A stretch of 63,957 nucleotides of DNA, filler included, from a bacterium (GTDB lineage: Bacteria > JALSQH01): the NCBI GenBank assembly GCA_026985515.1. It is 6 parts of 6 records of this genome, joined end to end, with 100 filler letters (N's around TTAATTAATTAA, not from the genome) between each part and the next. Parts side by side here need not be neighbours in the genome. Positions count along the whole stretch, not along the records: positions 26,981 to 34,455 come from JALSQH010000226.1; positions 34,556 to 41,990 come from JALSQH010000227.1; 4 more parts are not named here. One strand, 5' to 3'. The translations under genes were made by a program, and so were the position numbers. Positions 28,009 to 38,852 of the stretch are shown one piece after another. A model generated the notes under the pieces. That model was not told the DNA's origin. It worked only from the letters and a program-made list of their open reading frames with translations, and did no database searches. Position 1 is the first letter of the stretch. Every line of letters begins with the position of its first letter.

Positions 28009-29251
28009 AGATTTCCCTTAACCTATCCAACACGATTTTATCACTAAAATTTTTTTTTACCATCTCCTTTCCGCTTTTCCCTATTTTAACCCTAAGTTGA
28101 GGATTGCTATACAATGTCCACAGGATATCAGTAATATTGTTTACCATCTTTTGATATTCAGAGCATTCCACAGTAATACCATTCTCCCAACTTGTTATAA
28201 AAGAAGCCAGACCTGCACATTTCAGGGTTATTACAGGGACCTCCAACAGCATGGCTTCAAAAATCACCATTCCCACTTCTTCTACAGTTGGAAAAAGAAA
28301 CACAGAGGCACTTCTCAACCATTCCATAAACTCATTCCGGGGCAATCTTTCAATAAAACTTACATAATCACTTATATTCCTTTCTACAACTCTTTTCTCT
28401 ACAAATTTTCTTAATGGTCCATCACCGATAAAAATCAATTCGGCTCTTTTCACCTCGTATTTTCTAATGAAATGCTCGAAGCTATCCACCACAAGATGAG
28501 GTGATTTCAGATAGATAAATTGTCCTGCAAAAAGTACCACAAAACGGTTTTTTGGAATAATTTTATTCTCAGCCACCTCTGGTAAATAAAGGCCTGAACT
28601 TTGAGGCAGGATAATAAATTTATTTTCCAGTTTAAAAATCTTTTTTAATCTATTTTTAACCCCGGGGGTAGGAACTATTAAAACATCGGCTCTCCTTATT
28701 GCAGCCCAGAAAAGAGGGTTTAAAATCCTGACAAAAAATTTTGAAAAGAACTTCAATCTATCTTTTACACATATCATTATAGAGGGAGATAGCACGCATG
28801 GAAGGAGATTATTACTTGCCATCGGTCCCCATACAAACTTTGCTCTCCTTGAAAAAAAGGCAAAATATGCTGGGAGATAATCATTCACAAAAGTCACATG
28901 ATGAATAATATCTGGATCAACTTTTTCCTTTCCAAATTTCAACTTTAAAAAAGCACCAATCTGCCACAGGTTGTAATAAAGAAGGACAGTCAGTGAGCCC
29001 TTTTTCCAGAAGAGCAGTTTCTGGGGAAAATCGAAATAGATAAAATGAAGATTTGAGGGAAGTTCACCTTTTATTGATTCAATTGCCTTCCTCTTTTTAG
29101 CCCTGGTAACCACATAAACATTATATCCCAGCTGTTCAGTAGCCTTTGCTATCATTACAGACCATCTGAGACCAACTTCATGCTCCGAGCCTCTATTTGG
29201 CTCGAGAGCGTAGGCAATAACCAAAATAGATTTCCGGGTATCCCTATTCAT
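27995..29251 (-). CDS. Glycosyltransferase family 4
   Basis: EPNRGSEHEVG..W, GDGP, E.GMVIFEAM...PVI. Confidence 0.88.
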   Translation of the reverse strand: MNRDTRKSILVIAYALEPNRGSEHEVGLRWSVMIAKATEQLGYNVYVVTRAKKRKAIESIKGELPSNLHFIYFDFPQKLLFWKKGSLTVLLYYNLWQIGAFLKLKFGKEKVDPDIIHHVTFVNDYLPAYFAFFSRRAKFVWGPMASNNLLPCVLSPSIMICVKDRLKFFSKFFVRILNPLFWAAIRRADVLIVPTPGVKNRLKKIFKLENKFIILPQSSGLYLPEVAENKIIPKNRFVVLFAGQFIYLKSPHLVVDSFEHFIRKYEVKRAELIFIGDGPLRKFVEKRVVERNISDYVSFIERLPRNEFMEWLRSASVFLFPTVEEVGMVIFEAMLLEVPVITLKCAGLASFITSWENGITVECSEYQKMVNNITDILWTLYSNPQLRVKIGKSGKEMVKKNFSDKIVLDRLREIYEEK

Positions 29252-29260
29252 TTAATTTCT

Positions 29261-30118
29261 TTACGTTGATTTTCCAAACATGATAATGTTACGTAGAAGA
29301 AGCTTTGCCACACTTGCAGAATATCTCATCCCCCTGTACAATAAAAAAATGCGGTCTAATCCGTCAAATGAAGGAGCATTCTTAAATGCCACATAAGCAA
29401 ATTCAGCAAGATGCCTTATTCCAAACCTTTTCGTAGAATTACCCGGGTAATAACGATAAGCAGCCACTTTTTCATCAATAAACCCCAGGAGATCTCTTGC
29501 AACCAATCTTAAATAAAAATCCCAGTCCTCAACCTGGAGTCTTTCATCGTAATATCCCACTATTTCAAATACTTCTTTTTTAATCATCAGCACAGGACCT
29601 GGTACAGACCAGTTCAAAATTACCTCTCTACGTAAGCCGATGTCACTAAAATATTTTTCTTTTCTCCCTTTTCGAAGCTGAAAAATGCCACTTTCATATA
29701 TCTGCTTCCCATTTTCATCGACAACGATACAATCACCAATTACCGCCTTTTTTTCAGAATGCATAGCAAGATACTCATACCTTTTCCTTATACCATTATT
29801 TATCAGGAAATCATCGCTCGCAAGGATAACAAGAAACTCACCCTCTGACATCTTAACAAGTTCGTTTAATGTTGCAGTCAAACCTCTATTAATTTTCCTT
29901 TTTAAAAATTTTACATTTATATCATTTTTATGTTTTTTTATCCATCCTTCTATTTTCTGGGGCGTGGCATCTGTGGAACCATCATCTATTATCACGATTT
30001 CTTTTGCAGGATAATCTTCATACAATACACTATCCAGTGCCTCAGTTACAAACCTTTCATGATTGAAAGATGGTATTAATACCGAAATCAGAGGTATATT
30101 ATCAGTTATTGAAATCAT
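29261..30118 (-). CDS. Glycosyltransferase family 2
   Basis: SVLIPSFNH, IDDGSTD, LASDD, VEDWDF. Confidence 0.9.
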   Translation of the reverse strand: MISITDNIPLISVLIPSFNHERFVTEALDSVLYEDYPAKEIVIIDDGSTDATPQKIEGWIKKHKNDINVKFLKRKINRGLTATLNELVKMSEGEFLVILASDDFLINNGIRKRYEYLAMHSEKKAVIGDCIVVDENGKQIYESGIFQLRKGRKEKYFSDIGLRREVILNWSVPGPVLMIKKEVFEIVGYYDERLQVEDWDFYLRLVARDLLGFIDEKVAAYRYYPGNSTKRFGIRHLAEFAYVAFKNAPSFDGLDRIFLLYRGMRYSASVAKLLLRNIIMFGKST

Positions 30119-31019
30119 TCCACTCAGAAAAATCCTTTCCAGTTATCTTTTTTAGAAGATTTACGTCATCTTCCAGAAGTCCCTTTAACCATACTCTTGT
30201 GTCGGGATCCAGAGGCGGATAACTGTAAGAAATCACTTTAGAAGAAAGAACCCCGATAAGGTAATTAATGCCTTTTAAAATCAACCCCTTAAAAGAAGCC
30301 GGTAATACTCTGGCGACAATATTCCTCAAAGGATTGCTGGTTGCCACTGTAAATTTCAGTAGAAAATATATCCGGGGATACTTTAGCAATTTCGTTTTAT
30401 TCGATTCAATTTCGGGGACAGTTTCAAGAGGTTCAACACCAAGCCATTTAAAAATAGCATTGAGTTCTTTTAAAGGGTCTGTTCTAAAAGACTCTGTTGT
30501 TACAATGTAAATCTGGTCTCGACCAAAAATTTCGAAATATTTTTTAAGCCACTTACCGTAAAGACTGTACTGAAAATAAAATTTGTAATAGTCAATAACT
30601 ACTTTTTCAGGAAGAGGTTCATCTTTCATATCCGCCATAACAGCTTCTCTGAAAGGTCTTGTCTCGTAACCCTGACCTTTCAACCACCAGTAATGAGAAT
30701 AAATTCTATCAATAGGATTTCTCAAAATGAAAATAAATTTTAACTCTTCTCTATTTAATTCTTCGAGCATTCTTTCAATTACACCAGGGAAAACCATATA
30801 TCCTGTACTTGACTCACCTCTGTATCTGGCCTTTTCACAACCATCAAAGAGCGAGTAGTACCATTCCTTCTTTATAAATCTTTCAGGATGGCTGAAATAA
30901 TGAGGTTCTTTTACTTCACTCATACAGATATCAGGATGGTAACCAAGATACTCATGCAAACTTGAGGTACCAGATTTTGCAGCTCCAGCGATAAAAAGAT
31001 TGGGCAAATTTCTATTCAT
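30102..31019 (-). CDS. PAPS-dependent sulfotransferase
   Basis: GAAKSGTSSL (5'-PSB), KEPHYF, GESSTGY, LRNPIDRIYSHY (3'-PB). Confidence 0.88.
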   Translation of the reverse strand: MNRNLPNLFIAGAAKSGTSSLHEYLGYHPDICMSEVKEPHYFSHPERFIKKEWYYSLFDGCEKARYRGESSTGYMVFPGVIERMLEELNREELKFIFILRNPIDRIYSHYWWLKGQGYETRPFREAVMADMKDEPLPEKVVIDYYKFYFQYSLYGKWLKKYFEIFGRDQIYIVTTESFRTDPLKELNAIFKWLGVEPLETVPEIESNKTKLLKYPRIYFLLKFTVATSNPLRNIVARVLPASFKGLILKGINYLIGVLSSKVISYSYPPLDPDTRVWLKGLLEDDVNLLKKITGKDFSEWNDFNN

Positions 31020-31764
31020 TCCTGAACTCTTCTTTCCATTTCTTTACTATTTCCTCCGGATAACCTCTGTGGAGTCGCCTCCGCCACGGATAAACAGGTT
31101 CTCCTGTTTCACGATGCTTAATGTTTTCTACGCTTCCCACCACTCTTGCCGGAGATCCAATAACAACTTTTCCCTCAGGAACATCTTTAGTTACTATACT
31201 TCCAGCTCCCACAAGGCTATCTTTGCCTATTTTTACTCCTGGCAAGATGATTGAACCTGCTCCTATGGCTGCATAATCTTCCACAACAGCCCCCACCCAG
31301 TAATCACTGGGAGGATGTGGATCATTTGTAAAGACAACAAAAGGAAAAATCCAAACAAAATTTTTTATAATTGTATACTTACCAATGAAAATGTTGCTAT
31401 TGGTTCTGACATAATCACCAATTTCACAATCTCCCTGAACATCCACGAGAGTGCCAAGTTGAACCCATTTCCCTATCTTACTATTTTCTCTTATTGTAAC
31501 CCGGTGACCTGTAACCAATTTCTCTCCGATTACAGAACCAGTGTATATTATGGTTTTTGAACGAATAAGAGAATTTTTTCCAATTATCAAACGATTTTCT
31601 TTCGCTAGTGGAGTTGGATATCCTATTTCACAATGAGCCTCGATCTTCGTGTTATCTCCAATAACTACATTATCATAAATTATCGTATATGGGCCTATCG
31701 AGACATTCTCTCCAAGTTCCACATTCTTTCCAATTATTGCGGTATCATGAATTTCAACACCCAT
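31012..31764 (-). CDS. Hexapeptide-repeat sugar N-/O-acyltransferase (FdtC/QdtC/WbpD-like)
   Basis: Left-handed beta-helix repeats, VFTNDPHPP, GSPAR. Start moved to ATG 31764 (GAGAGG SD). Confidence 0.82.
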   Translation of the reverse strand: MGVEIHDTAIIGKNVELGENVSIGPYTIIYDNVVIGDNTKIEAHCEIGYPTPLAKENRLIIGKNSLIRSKTIIYTGSVIGEKLVTGHRVTIRENSKIGKWVQLGTLVDVQGDCEIGDYVRTNSNIFIGKYTIIKNFVWIFPFVVFTNDPHPPSDYWVGAVVEDYAAIGAGSIILPGVKIGKDSLVGAGSIVTKDVPEGKVVIGSPARVVGSVENIKHRETGEPVYPWRRRLHRGYPEEIVKKWKEEFRNE

Positions 31765-31774
31765 GGTTATCCTC

Positions 31775-33097
31775 TCAAAATGGTCTGTAACCAATATACA
31801 TTTTAAACCTGGCCCATATATATGCAAGTCCCACAATATTCCACAGCACAGTAGCTATACAGGAACCTAAAGCTGCTCCAATAGAACCCAATCCCGGTAT
31901 GAGAAGGTAATTGAGAATAACATTAACAATCGCGGAAAAAATTACAATATTGCGATAAGTCTTTTCTTTACCCGTCATCATAAGAAAATACCCTACCGGA
32001 CCTGATGCAGCATTAACAAGCTGTGAAAAAGCAAGAATTATTAGTACCCACTTTCCAGCTATAAACTCTTTTCCGAAAATACTCAGAATAAAAGAAGGGA
32101 AAATAAGAAAAAAAACCATAACAGGAAAGGAAGTATAAAAGAATAACTTTGACCCAAATGAAACTACCTGCTTTAATTCTTCAATCTTTTTCTTCCAGTA
32201 CAACTGCGATATTTTTGGAGCAAGAATCATATTTATTGAAACACCACCGATGCTCGCAAGCAGAGAAAGCTTAAAAGCTATACTGTAAATCCCAACTTCA
32301 CTTGGCGTACTGAAATATCCAAGCATGACCCTATCGGTATTTGCGATTATTACCATCATGGAGGAAGTAATTAAAAGGGGCAGAGATGTATCTATAACTT
32401 CCTTGAAAGCAATTCTGCTTCTCTTCGTCACCTTTCTTCTGTGAAAAATTCTTAGAAAACTAAAAAAAGAAATAAAAAAAACTGTGAAAACAATAATATC
32501 GTATGCAATAGCGGGAAGAGTATCCTTAATTTTAAACACATAATAAAGCAGAAGAATAGAAAATAAATTAATTAACGACATTGAGTTTCTGATCGATTCA
32601 GAGACAGAAATCTTGCGCAACCCTCTGATAGTTTCCACCATTTCGTTACTTATAATTGAAAAAGGAAAAGCAAGTGAGTAAAGTATAAGATAATCTTTCA
32701 ATAAAGTTATATGAAAAAATCGCCGGGAAATAACATCCGAAAATACTGCAATGAAAAGGGAAATGGTAATTGCTATAATAAGACTAGTAAAAAAAATTCT
32801 ACTCACAATAAAAGAAAGTACAGAATCCTCTTCATATTGAGAAGCATACCTGACCAGTACATTCGGAAAACCAAAATTTGCGAACAAACCGGCAAAAGCA
32901 AAAATAGATGCCGTTAAACTGTTTACTCCTATAATTTCGGCACCAAGCAATCTTGCAAGAATAATTGTATTAATGTAACCAATTCCAAGAGAAAAAATTC
33001 TTGTGCCAAGAGACCACAAAGATCCTTTTAAGATTTCTCTAATATCCTGAGAGAATTGTGGATTTTTTAATATAAGAAAGTTTTTTCTTAGGACCAT
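31775..33097 (-). CDS. Wzx-type polysaccharide flippase
   Basis: Multi-TM MOP fold; ARLLG, TDRVMLG...VGIY, NYLLIP.LG.IGAA. Confidence 0.9.
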   Translation of the reverse strand: MVLRKNFLILKNPQFSQDIREILKGSLWSLGTRIFSLGIGYINTIILARLLGAEIIGVNSLTASIFAFAGLFANFGFPNVLVRYASQYEEDSVLSFIVSRIFFTSLIIAITISLFIAVFSDVISRRFFHITLLKDYLILYSLAFPFSIISNEMVETIRGLRKISVSESIRNSMSLINLFSILLLYYVFKIKDTLPAIAYDIIVFTVFFISFFSFLRIFHRRKVTKRSRIAFKEVIDTSLPLLITSSMMVIIANTDRVMLGYFSTPSEVGIYSIAFKLSLLASIGGVSINMILAPKISQLYWKKKIEELKQVVSFGSKLFFYTSFPVMVFFLIFPSFILSIFGKEFIAGKWVLIILAFSQLVNAASGPVGYFLMMTGKEKTYRNIVIFSAIVNVILNYLLIPGLGSIGAALGSCIATVLWNIVGLAYIWARFKMYIGYRPF

Positions 33098-33135
33098 GAA
33101 AAGATTTTATATTGATTCCCTTAATTTTTAACTTC

Positions 33136-33984
33136 TCAAATATCCTTTACAAACTCTTCAATAGCCTCTTCCCAGCTTCTCAATCTTATCTCACTAAGAG
33201 TTGTTAGAGGGCTCCAGAGGGGCCTTTTTGCTTTTGTGGGAAAAGTAGTATGATCAACCGGAATTATCTCAGCATTGTAAGGAGAAAGTTCCACTATTTT
33301 TTTTGCAAATTCATACCAGGTGCAGTAACCCGCATTCGTCATATGATAAATTCCTGAGGGGTGATCCTCAGTTAATAGTGTCCAGATACCTCTTGCTGCA
33401 TCTTTTGTATAAGTGGGTGACATCCATATATCATTCACAACTTTTAGTAATTCTCCATTCTTAGCTTTATTTAAGATAGTATAGACAAAGTTCCCTCCTT
33501 TGCCACTCGCCCCTGCCTTACCAAAAACACTTGCTATCCGGACAATATAAAATTTTTCCAGATAATTTCTCACAATAAATTCACTGCTCAATTTTGAGAT
33601 TCCATAGACATTGAGTGGATTCGGTATATCTTCCTCATTGTAAGGCTCCTTTGTCTCTATTTTTCCACCATCAAACACATAATCTGTACTGACGTGAATC
33701 AGAATACAGTTTTCCCCTCCACAATAATCAACTAAATTTTTCACACCTTCTACATTTACCTTAAAGGTCTTTTCAACCTCTTCTTCACACAGATCAGTTT
33801 TGTGAAACGCAGCAGTATTGATAATAACATCTGGTTTAATCTGGCTTAATTTTTTTAACAGATCATCTCTAAAGGTTATGTCAAGTTCCTGATGAGATAA
33901 AGGTAAAACTTCAAATTCTCCGGGTACCTCCTTCTTTAAATCATGGGCTAGCTGCCCATTTCCACCAGTTATTACCACCTTCAT
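33136..33984 (-). CDS. rfbD: dTDP-4-dehydrorhamnose reductase
   Basis: GGNGQL, STDYVFDG, YGISK, SPTY, AKRP..S.L. Confidence 0.9.
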   Translation of the reverse strand: MKVVITGGNGQLAHDLKKEVPGEFEVLPLSHQELDITFRDDLLKKLSQIKPDVIINTAAFHKTDLCEEEVEKTFKVNVEGVKNLVDYCGGENCILIHVSTDYVFDGGKIETKEPYNEEDIPNPLNVYGISKLSSEFIVRNYLEKFYIVRIASVFGKAGASGKGGNFVYTILNKAKNGELLKVVNDIWMSPTYTKDAARGIWTLLTEDHPSGIYHMTNAGYCTWYEFAKKIVELSPYNAEIIPVDHTTFPTKAKRPLWSPLTTLSEIRLRSWEEAIEEFVKDI

Positions 33985-34455
33985 ATTTCAACACCCTCGC
34001 TGAGCAACTTCTGGTACCACTTAACGGTGATGGTTGTTGGATCATCAGGGGAAACTTCTCCATTCTTTAAGGCATTCCAGACTTCCACCGCACCTTTTTC
34101 AGCGTTATAATCCGGAGTAAAACCCAGCACATTCTTTATTTTGCTGAAATCAACACGGTATGACCTGTGATCTGGATCTCCATACCACTCGTACTCAAAA
34201 GGTATTCCGATTGCCTTCGCCACTCTCTGAGCAAGGTCAAAAATCTGGTAATTCTGTTCATTTGAACCCACATTGAAAATTTCACCATTCACCACATCAG
34301 GGTCACTCTTCAATATCATCATCATAGCCTTTGAAGTGTCTCTGACATGGACAAAGGGTCTCCACTGTGTCCCGTCCCTGAGTATGGGTATTTTACCATT
34401 AACAAAAAACCCCCTGACCATTCCATTTATGGCAAGGTCAAATCTCATTCTTTTA
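33981..34455 (-). CDS. NAD-dependent epimerase/dehydratase, C-terminal part (truncated)
   Basis: RMRFDLAIN.M, DGTQWRPFVHV.D, FNVG, D.RSYRVDFSKI. Confidence 0.85.
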
Positions 34456-34555
34456 NNNNNNNNNNNNNNNNNNNNNNNNNNNNNNNNNNNNNNNNNNNNT
34501 TAATTAATTAANNNNNNNNNNNNNNNNNNNNNNNNNNNNNNNNNNNNNNNNNNNN
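34456..34555. other. Artificial contig spacer
   Basis: N44-TTAATTAATTAA-N44. Confidence 0.99.
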
Positions 34556-34633
34556 TGATTATAGCATGGTAAAGGAGTTAAAGAGAAGGGTAAATAGCCT
34601 GAGGAAGGGAGTTGTATGAGAAAATTCTTGTAA

Positions 34634-34661
34634 TTGACTTATTTTTTATTTATGCTAAACT
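34634..34661 (+). promoter_or_regulatory. Putative sigma70 promoter for the acyl-CoA dehydrogenase operon
   Basis: TTGACT-N16-TAAACT with extended -10 TG. Confidence 0.5.
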
Positions 34662-34693
34662 TCTTTTAAGAAAAATCAAAAAGGAGTGGTGAG

Positions 34694-35923
34694 ATGTTTG
34701 AGTTCAACTTCACTGAAGAAGAGAGGAAGTTAAGGGATGAGGTGAGGGATTTTGTAAAGAGTATTCCAAGAGAACTTCTGATAAAGATGGACAAAGATGA
34801 GATTAAATATCCGAAAGAATTTCTCCAGTGGGCGGGAGAAAGAAATCTTCTGGGATTGCGGTTTCCAAAAGAATGGGGTGGTAGAGGTTTACCCTGGACA
34901 AGTGAGATCATAGCTCTTGAAGAGATAGGTGTTCTGGGAAATGCCCTTGCGTGTCTCTATTCTCTGGTGAGTATTGTTGGAGAAGCAATTGATAAATTTG
35001 GCACAGAAGAGCAGAAGGAAAAGTACTTGAAACCCATGCTTGAGGGGAAACTCCACACGGCAGAGGCCTTAACAGAACCAAGAGGAGGCTCAGACTTCTT
35101 TGGTGCCACCACTGTAGCGGAGAAAAAGGGTGATTACTACATCTTAAATGGACAGAAGAGATTTATTGTTGGAGCAGAGGGTGCAGATTTCTTCCTTGTG
35201 TATGTTAAAACCAATCCCAATGTTGATCCAAAGAAAGGTTTGAGTGTTTTCATTGTGGAAAGGGATATGGGTGTTAGAGTTGAAACGATTTATGAATTGA
35301 TGGGGACCAGAGGTGGTGGAACAGGAAGAATTGTTTTTAAGGATGTAAAGGTGCCTGCAAGAAACCTGGTGGGTGAGGAAAATATGGGTGCTGTGATTTT
35401 CAACCAGATGATGATACCTGAAAGAATGACCAGCGCCGCAGGTGCCATTGGCCTTGCAAGGTCAGCTCTTGAAATCGCTGCCCGGTACAGCGATCGGAGA
35501 AAGGCTTTTGGAAAAGCAATAAGAAGATTTCAGGGAGTGAGTTTCAGGGTGGCCGATGCCATAAGTGCTCTTGATGCTGCAAGGGGGCTTGTTTACTTTG
35601 CTGCAAGGGCAGTTGATCTTGATGCTCCAAATAAGAGAAGACTTGTTTCTGAGGCCAAAAAAGTTGCAACTGATACTGCCTGGGAGGTGATTAACCACGC
35701 CATGCAAATTATGGGTGGAATAGGATATACAACTGTGTATCCAATTGAAAGGTATCTGAGAGATGCCAGATTGACAATGATCTGGACAGGTACAAATGAA
35801 ATCATGAATCTCCTCATTCAGCATGAATACTACAAGGAGGTTCTTGCAGGCAGAGAGTTTGGAAGGGATATTGAAAAAGACGCTTCAATGGCAGACAGGG
35901 AGGATGAAAAGGTTTATGAGTAA
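34694..35923 (+). CDS. Acyl-CoA dehydrogenase
   Basis: [39 protein letters not shown]. Confidence 0.93.
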   Translation: MFEFNFTEEERKLRDEVRDFVKSIPRELLIKMDKDEIKYPKEFLQWAGERNLLGLRFPKEWGGRGLPWTSEIIALEEIGVLGNALACLYSLVSIVGEAIDKFGTEEQKEKYLKPMLEGKLHTAEALTEPRGGSDFFGATTVAEKKGDYYILNGQKRFIVGAEGADFFLVYVKTNPNVDPKKGLSVFIVERDMGVRVETIYELMGTRGGGTGRIVFKDVKVPARNLVGEENMGAVIFNQMMIPERMTSAAGAIGLARSALEIAARYSDRRKAFGKAIRRFQGVSFRVADAISALDAARGLVYFAARAVDLDAPNKRRLVSEAKKVATDTAWEVINHAMQIMGGIGYTTVYPIERYLRDARLTMIWTGTNEIMNLLIQHEYYKEVLAGREFGRDIEKDASMADREDEKVYE

Positions 35924-37097
35924 GTACAACAAAAAAATTAAAGTTTCATTTGTCTTACTTTTATTGCTTTTTCTTCCTTTTGCGTGTGGAAAGTCTGGTG
36001 GAGAAAAATCTAATGGCAAAACTAAAATTTACTCACCATGGGAAACGGGACCATATCCTGTTGGCTCCAGCACCATCGTTCTTGTTGACAGCAGTAGAAT
36101 AGATAAAATAACCGGTTCATACAGAACTCTCGTCACTGAAGTCTGGTATCCTGCCGTTGATTCTGCTGCCAGTACTCCCCATATGAAATTGAAGGATTAT
36201 TTTGGACAGAATTTTCAGGATGCTATAAAAAAATTGCTTGATGAATTTGGAATAAGTGTGAGCTTTTCAACGATGGATAAAGAGTTGATGTCCCATCGAA
36301 ATGTGCCAATCAGGGAGGGAAAATTTCCCGTAATAATATTTTCACATGGTAATGGAGGTGTAAGATTTCAATCGCTATACCTCACCGAGTTCCTTGCAAG
36401 TCACGGTTACATAGTCCTTGCTCCTGATCACACGGGTAACGCAGCTATTACCATTATCAACGGCCAGATCATTACTTATGACAAAGATTCTTTTTTCTAT
36501 GGCATGGCTGGTGACAGAGTGATGGATATAGAGTTTATAATCGATTATCTTTTCTCAGTTGCAGAGAAAGGTTCCTTTCTGTCCGGGCACATGGATCTTC
36601 AGCATATTGGTCTTGCTGGACACTCCTTTGGGTCATTTACATCTATTTCTGTGGCTTCCAGAGATAAAAGGGTTAAGGCAATACTTCCCCAGGCTGCACC
36701 TGGTTTAATAAGTGCAAGATTTGATGTACCGGCAATGTTCATGGTGGCTGGAAAAGATCAGACAGTGAAAGAAGAAGGTAACAATCTGGAAAAGTGGGAG
36801 TTCAACATGAATGATGGACCTTCCTTTTTTGTTGATTTTGTCAATGCAGGCCATTTTACATTCTCAAACATGTGTGACCTCGTTCCAGATTTTGGAGATG
36901 GGTGCGGTGAAGAGGAGAAGAATGGAAAGATAATTAAGTTTGTGGATTACAGGTATGCTGCAAAATTAATAGATTATTATGCCGTTAGTTTTTTCAACTA
37001 TTACCTGAAAGGGGAAAAAGAGTATATGAAATATATTCTTCACAATCCTGACCCCAATGAAGTTAAATTTGAAACAAATCTTGTTGATTTCAGGTAG
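35916..37097 (+). CDS. Alpha/beta-hydrolase lipoprotein (PAF-acetylhydrolase/lipase-like)
   Basis: Lipobox PFA|C; GPYPVG, EVWYPA, FSHG.GG, LASHGY, GHSFG nucleophile, AGHF. Start moved from 35823. Confidence 0.85.
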   Translation: MSKYNKKIKVSFVLLLLLFLPFACGKSGGEKSNGKTKIYSPWETGPYPVGSSTIVLVDSSRIDKITGSYRTLVTEVWYPAVDSAASTPHMKLKDYFGQNFQDAIKKLLDEFGISVSFSTMDKELMSHRNVPIREGKFPVIIFSHGNGGVRFQSLYLTEFLASHGYIVLAPDHTGNAAITIINGQIITYDKDSFFYGMAGDRVMDIEFIIDYLFSVAEKGSFLSGHMDLQHIGLAGHSFGSFTSISVASRDKRVKAILPQAAPGLISARFDVPAMFMVAGKDQTVKEEGNNLEKWEFNMNDGPSFFVDFVNAGHFTFSNMCDLVPDFGDGCGEEEKNGKIIKFVDYRYAAKLIDYYAVSFFNYYLKGEKEYMKYILHNPDPNEVKFETNLVDFR

Positions 37098-38037
37098 TTT
37101 TCTTCTTTTCTTCTTCTATTCTTCTTCGTGTGCAGGTCAAAAAAGCAAATCAGCAAACAAGAAAAACTTACCACCTCTCATAATTGACACCGATATAACC
37201 ATGGGATTACCATTCAAGGATGTTGATGATGGACTTGCCGTTGCTTCCATCATTCTGAGTGGTAAATATGATGTTAAAGGCATTACTGTAACTTTTGGAA
37301 ATGGAACTCTTCAGGAGGCAAGAGAAAGAATCCTCGATCTTCTTTCACATCTCAATGTGAATATTCCTGTTTACAATGGAGCTGAAGATAAGTACTCTCT
37401 TGGCGTAACCACTGAAGCTGCCAGATTTATAACTGCTGTGGCGGAAAAGTACAGAGGAAGAATAACGATACTTTCCATAGGACCTTTAACTGACCTTGCT
37501 ACCGCTTATCTTCTCAATAAAAAGATATCTGGTTATTTTAAAGAAGTTGTAATAATGGGCGGAGCTATTTTTCATGAGGGCAATGTTCCACCAGAGATGG
37601 AGAGTGAGTTTAACTTCTGGAGAGATCCTCCTGCTGCAAAGATTGTCCTTGATAATTTCAAAAACATCCGCCTTTTCCCCCTTGATGTGTGTATGGACAC
37701 CATAATTGATGGTGAGGAAATGAAAAACCTCTCGCAATGTACTTCCTCATGGTGTCAGTACCTTTACAACAACATAAAAGATTGGTATGATATTATGAGT
37801 TCAATTTTTGGTGGTTTTTATCCTTATGATCTGATTGCTGCACTTTACCTGGTTGATAATAGTTTTTTGACAGATTACAGAACGATGCCTGTCACTGTTC
37901 TGACGGAAGAAGGTGAATATTACGGGAAAAGCATTACAACAGGTGCAATTAATAAAAGCCTTGTTTTCTTTGACCTCAATGAAGAAAGGTTTAAAGATGA
38001 GTTTTACAGGTATCTGAAAATTGGAAAAGGAGATTAA
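37057..38037 (+). CDS. Nucleoside hydrolase (IU-NH family) with lipoprotein signal
   Basis: IIDTD...DVDDGLA, TFGN, GPLTDLA, MGG, EFNFWRDP; signal peptide ending SSS|C. Confidence 0.85.
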   Translation: MKLNLKQILLISGSFLLFFFYSSSCAGQKSKSANKKNLPPLIIDTDITMGLPFKDVDDGLAVASIILSGKYDVKGITVTFGNGTLQEARERILDLLSHLNVNIPVYNGAEDKYSLGVTTEAARFITAVAEKYRGRITILSIGPLTDLATAYLLNKKISGYFKEVVIMGGAIFHEGNVPPEMESEFNFWRDPPAAKIVLDNFKNIRLFPLDVCMDTIIDGEEMKNLSQCTSSWCQYLYNNIKDWYDIMSSIFGGFYPYDLIAALYLVDNSFLTDYRTMPVTVLTEEGEYYGKSITTGAINKSLVFFDLNEERFKDEFYRYLKIGKGD

Positions 38038-38038
38038 T

Positions 38039-38851
38039 ATGAAAGTCGTTGTAACAGGTGCCGCTGGAAGGATGGGTAGTTTGATCTCCCGTCTTGTATG
38101 GGAAAGCGAAGATATGGAACTGGCAGGTGTAATTGAAAGGGAGGATCACCCTCTTCTCGGGCGTGATATGGGATACATATGGGGAACGGAGAAGGCTGGA
38201 ATTGTTCTTGAATCAGATTTTCTTAACAGGATTGAGAATGCTGATCTTTATATAGATTTTACATCTCCCGAGTCCTCACTTAAATTTCTCACCCTTGCTG
38301 CAATGAAAGGAAAGGCAGCAGTGATTGGTACAACTGGATTCACAGAGCAGGATAGGGAATTTATCAGGGAGCAGGCTCAAAAGATCCCTGTGGTTCTTGC
38401 TCCCAATATGAGTCTTGGCATAAATCTTCTTTTTTACCTTACAAAAAAAGTTTCAGAGGTGCTGTTTAATAGAGATTTTGATATTGAGATAATTGAAAGG
38501 CATCATCGCCACAAACTCGATGCTCCGAGTGGAACTGCTCTTAAAATTGGAGAGATAATTTCTGAAGTAATAGGAAAACCACTTGAGGAAATAATGAAGT
38601 GGGGAAGATATGGGCGTTCAACAACTGAGAGGAGCAAAGATGAAGTGGGGATATTTGCCCTCAGGGGAGGTGAGGTTGTGGGAGAACACACCCTTTTCTT
38701 CTCTGGTCCAGCTGAGGAAGTTGTAATCACCCATCGGGCTTTTTCAAGAAAAGCCTTTGCCATAGGTGCCCTCCAGGCTGCCAGGTGGGTAGCAGGGAGA
38801 GATAAGGGATTATATGATATGCAGGATGTCCTGGGACTGAGAGGTGAGTGA
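38039..38851 (+). CDS. dapB: 4-hydroxy-tetrahydrodipicolinate reductase
   Basis: [33 protein letters not shown]. Confidence 0.96.
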   Translation: MKVVVTGAAGRMGSLISRLVWESEDMELAGVIEREDHPLLGRDMGYIWGTEKAGIVLESDFLNRIENADLYIDFTSPESSLKFLTLAAMKGKAAVIGTTGFTEQDREFIREQAQKIPVVLAPNMSLGINLLFYLTKKVSEVLFNRDFDIEIIERHHRHKLDAPSGTALKIGEIISEVIGKPLEEIMKWGRYGRSTTERSKDEVGIFALRGGEVVGEHTLFFSGPAEEVVITHRAFSRKAFAIGALQAARWVAGRDKGLYDMQDVLGLRGE

Positions 38852-38852
38852 G

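Noticed and set aside
34556-34619. Short open frame at the contig start (DYSMVKELKRRVNSLRKGVV*)
   Set aside because: Probably the tail of an upstream gene but too short to identify.
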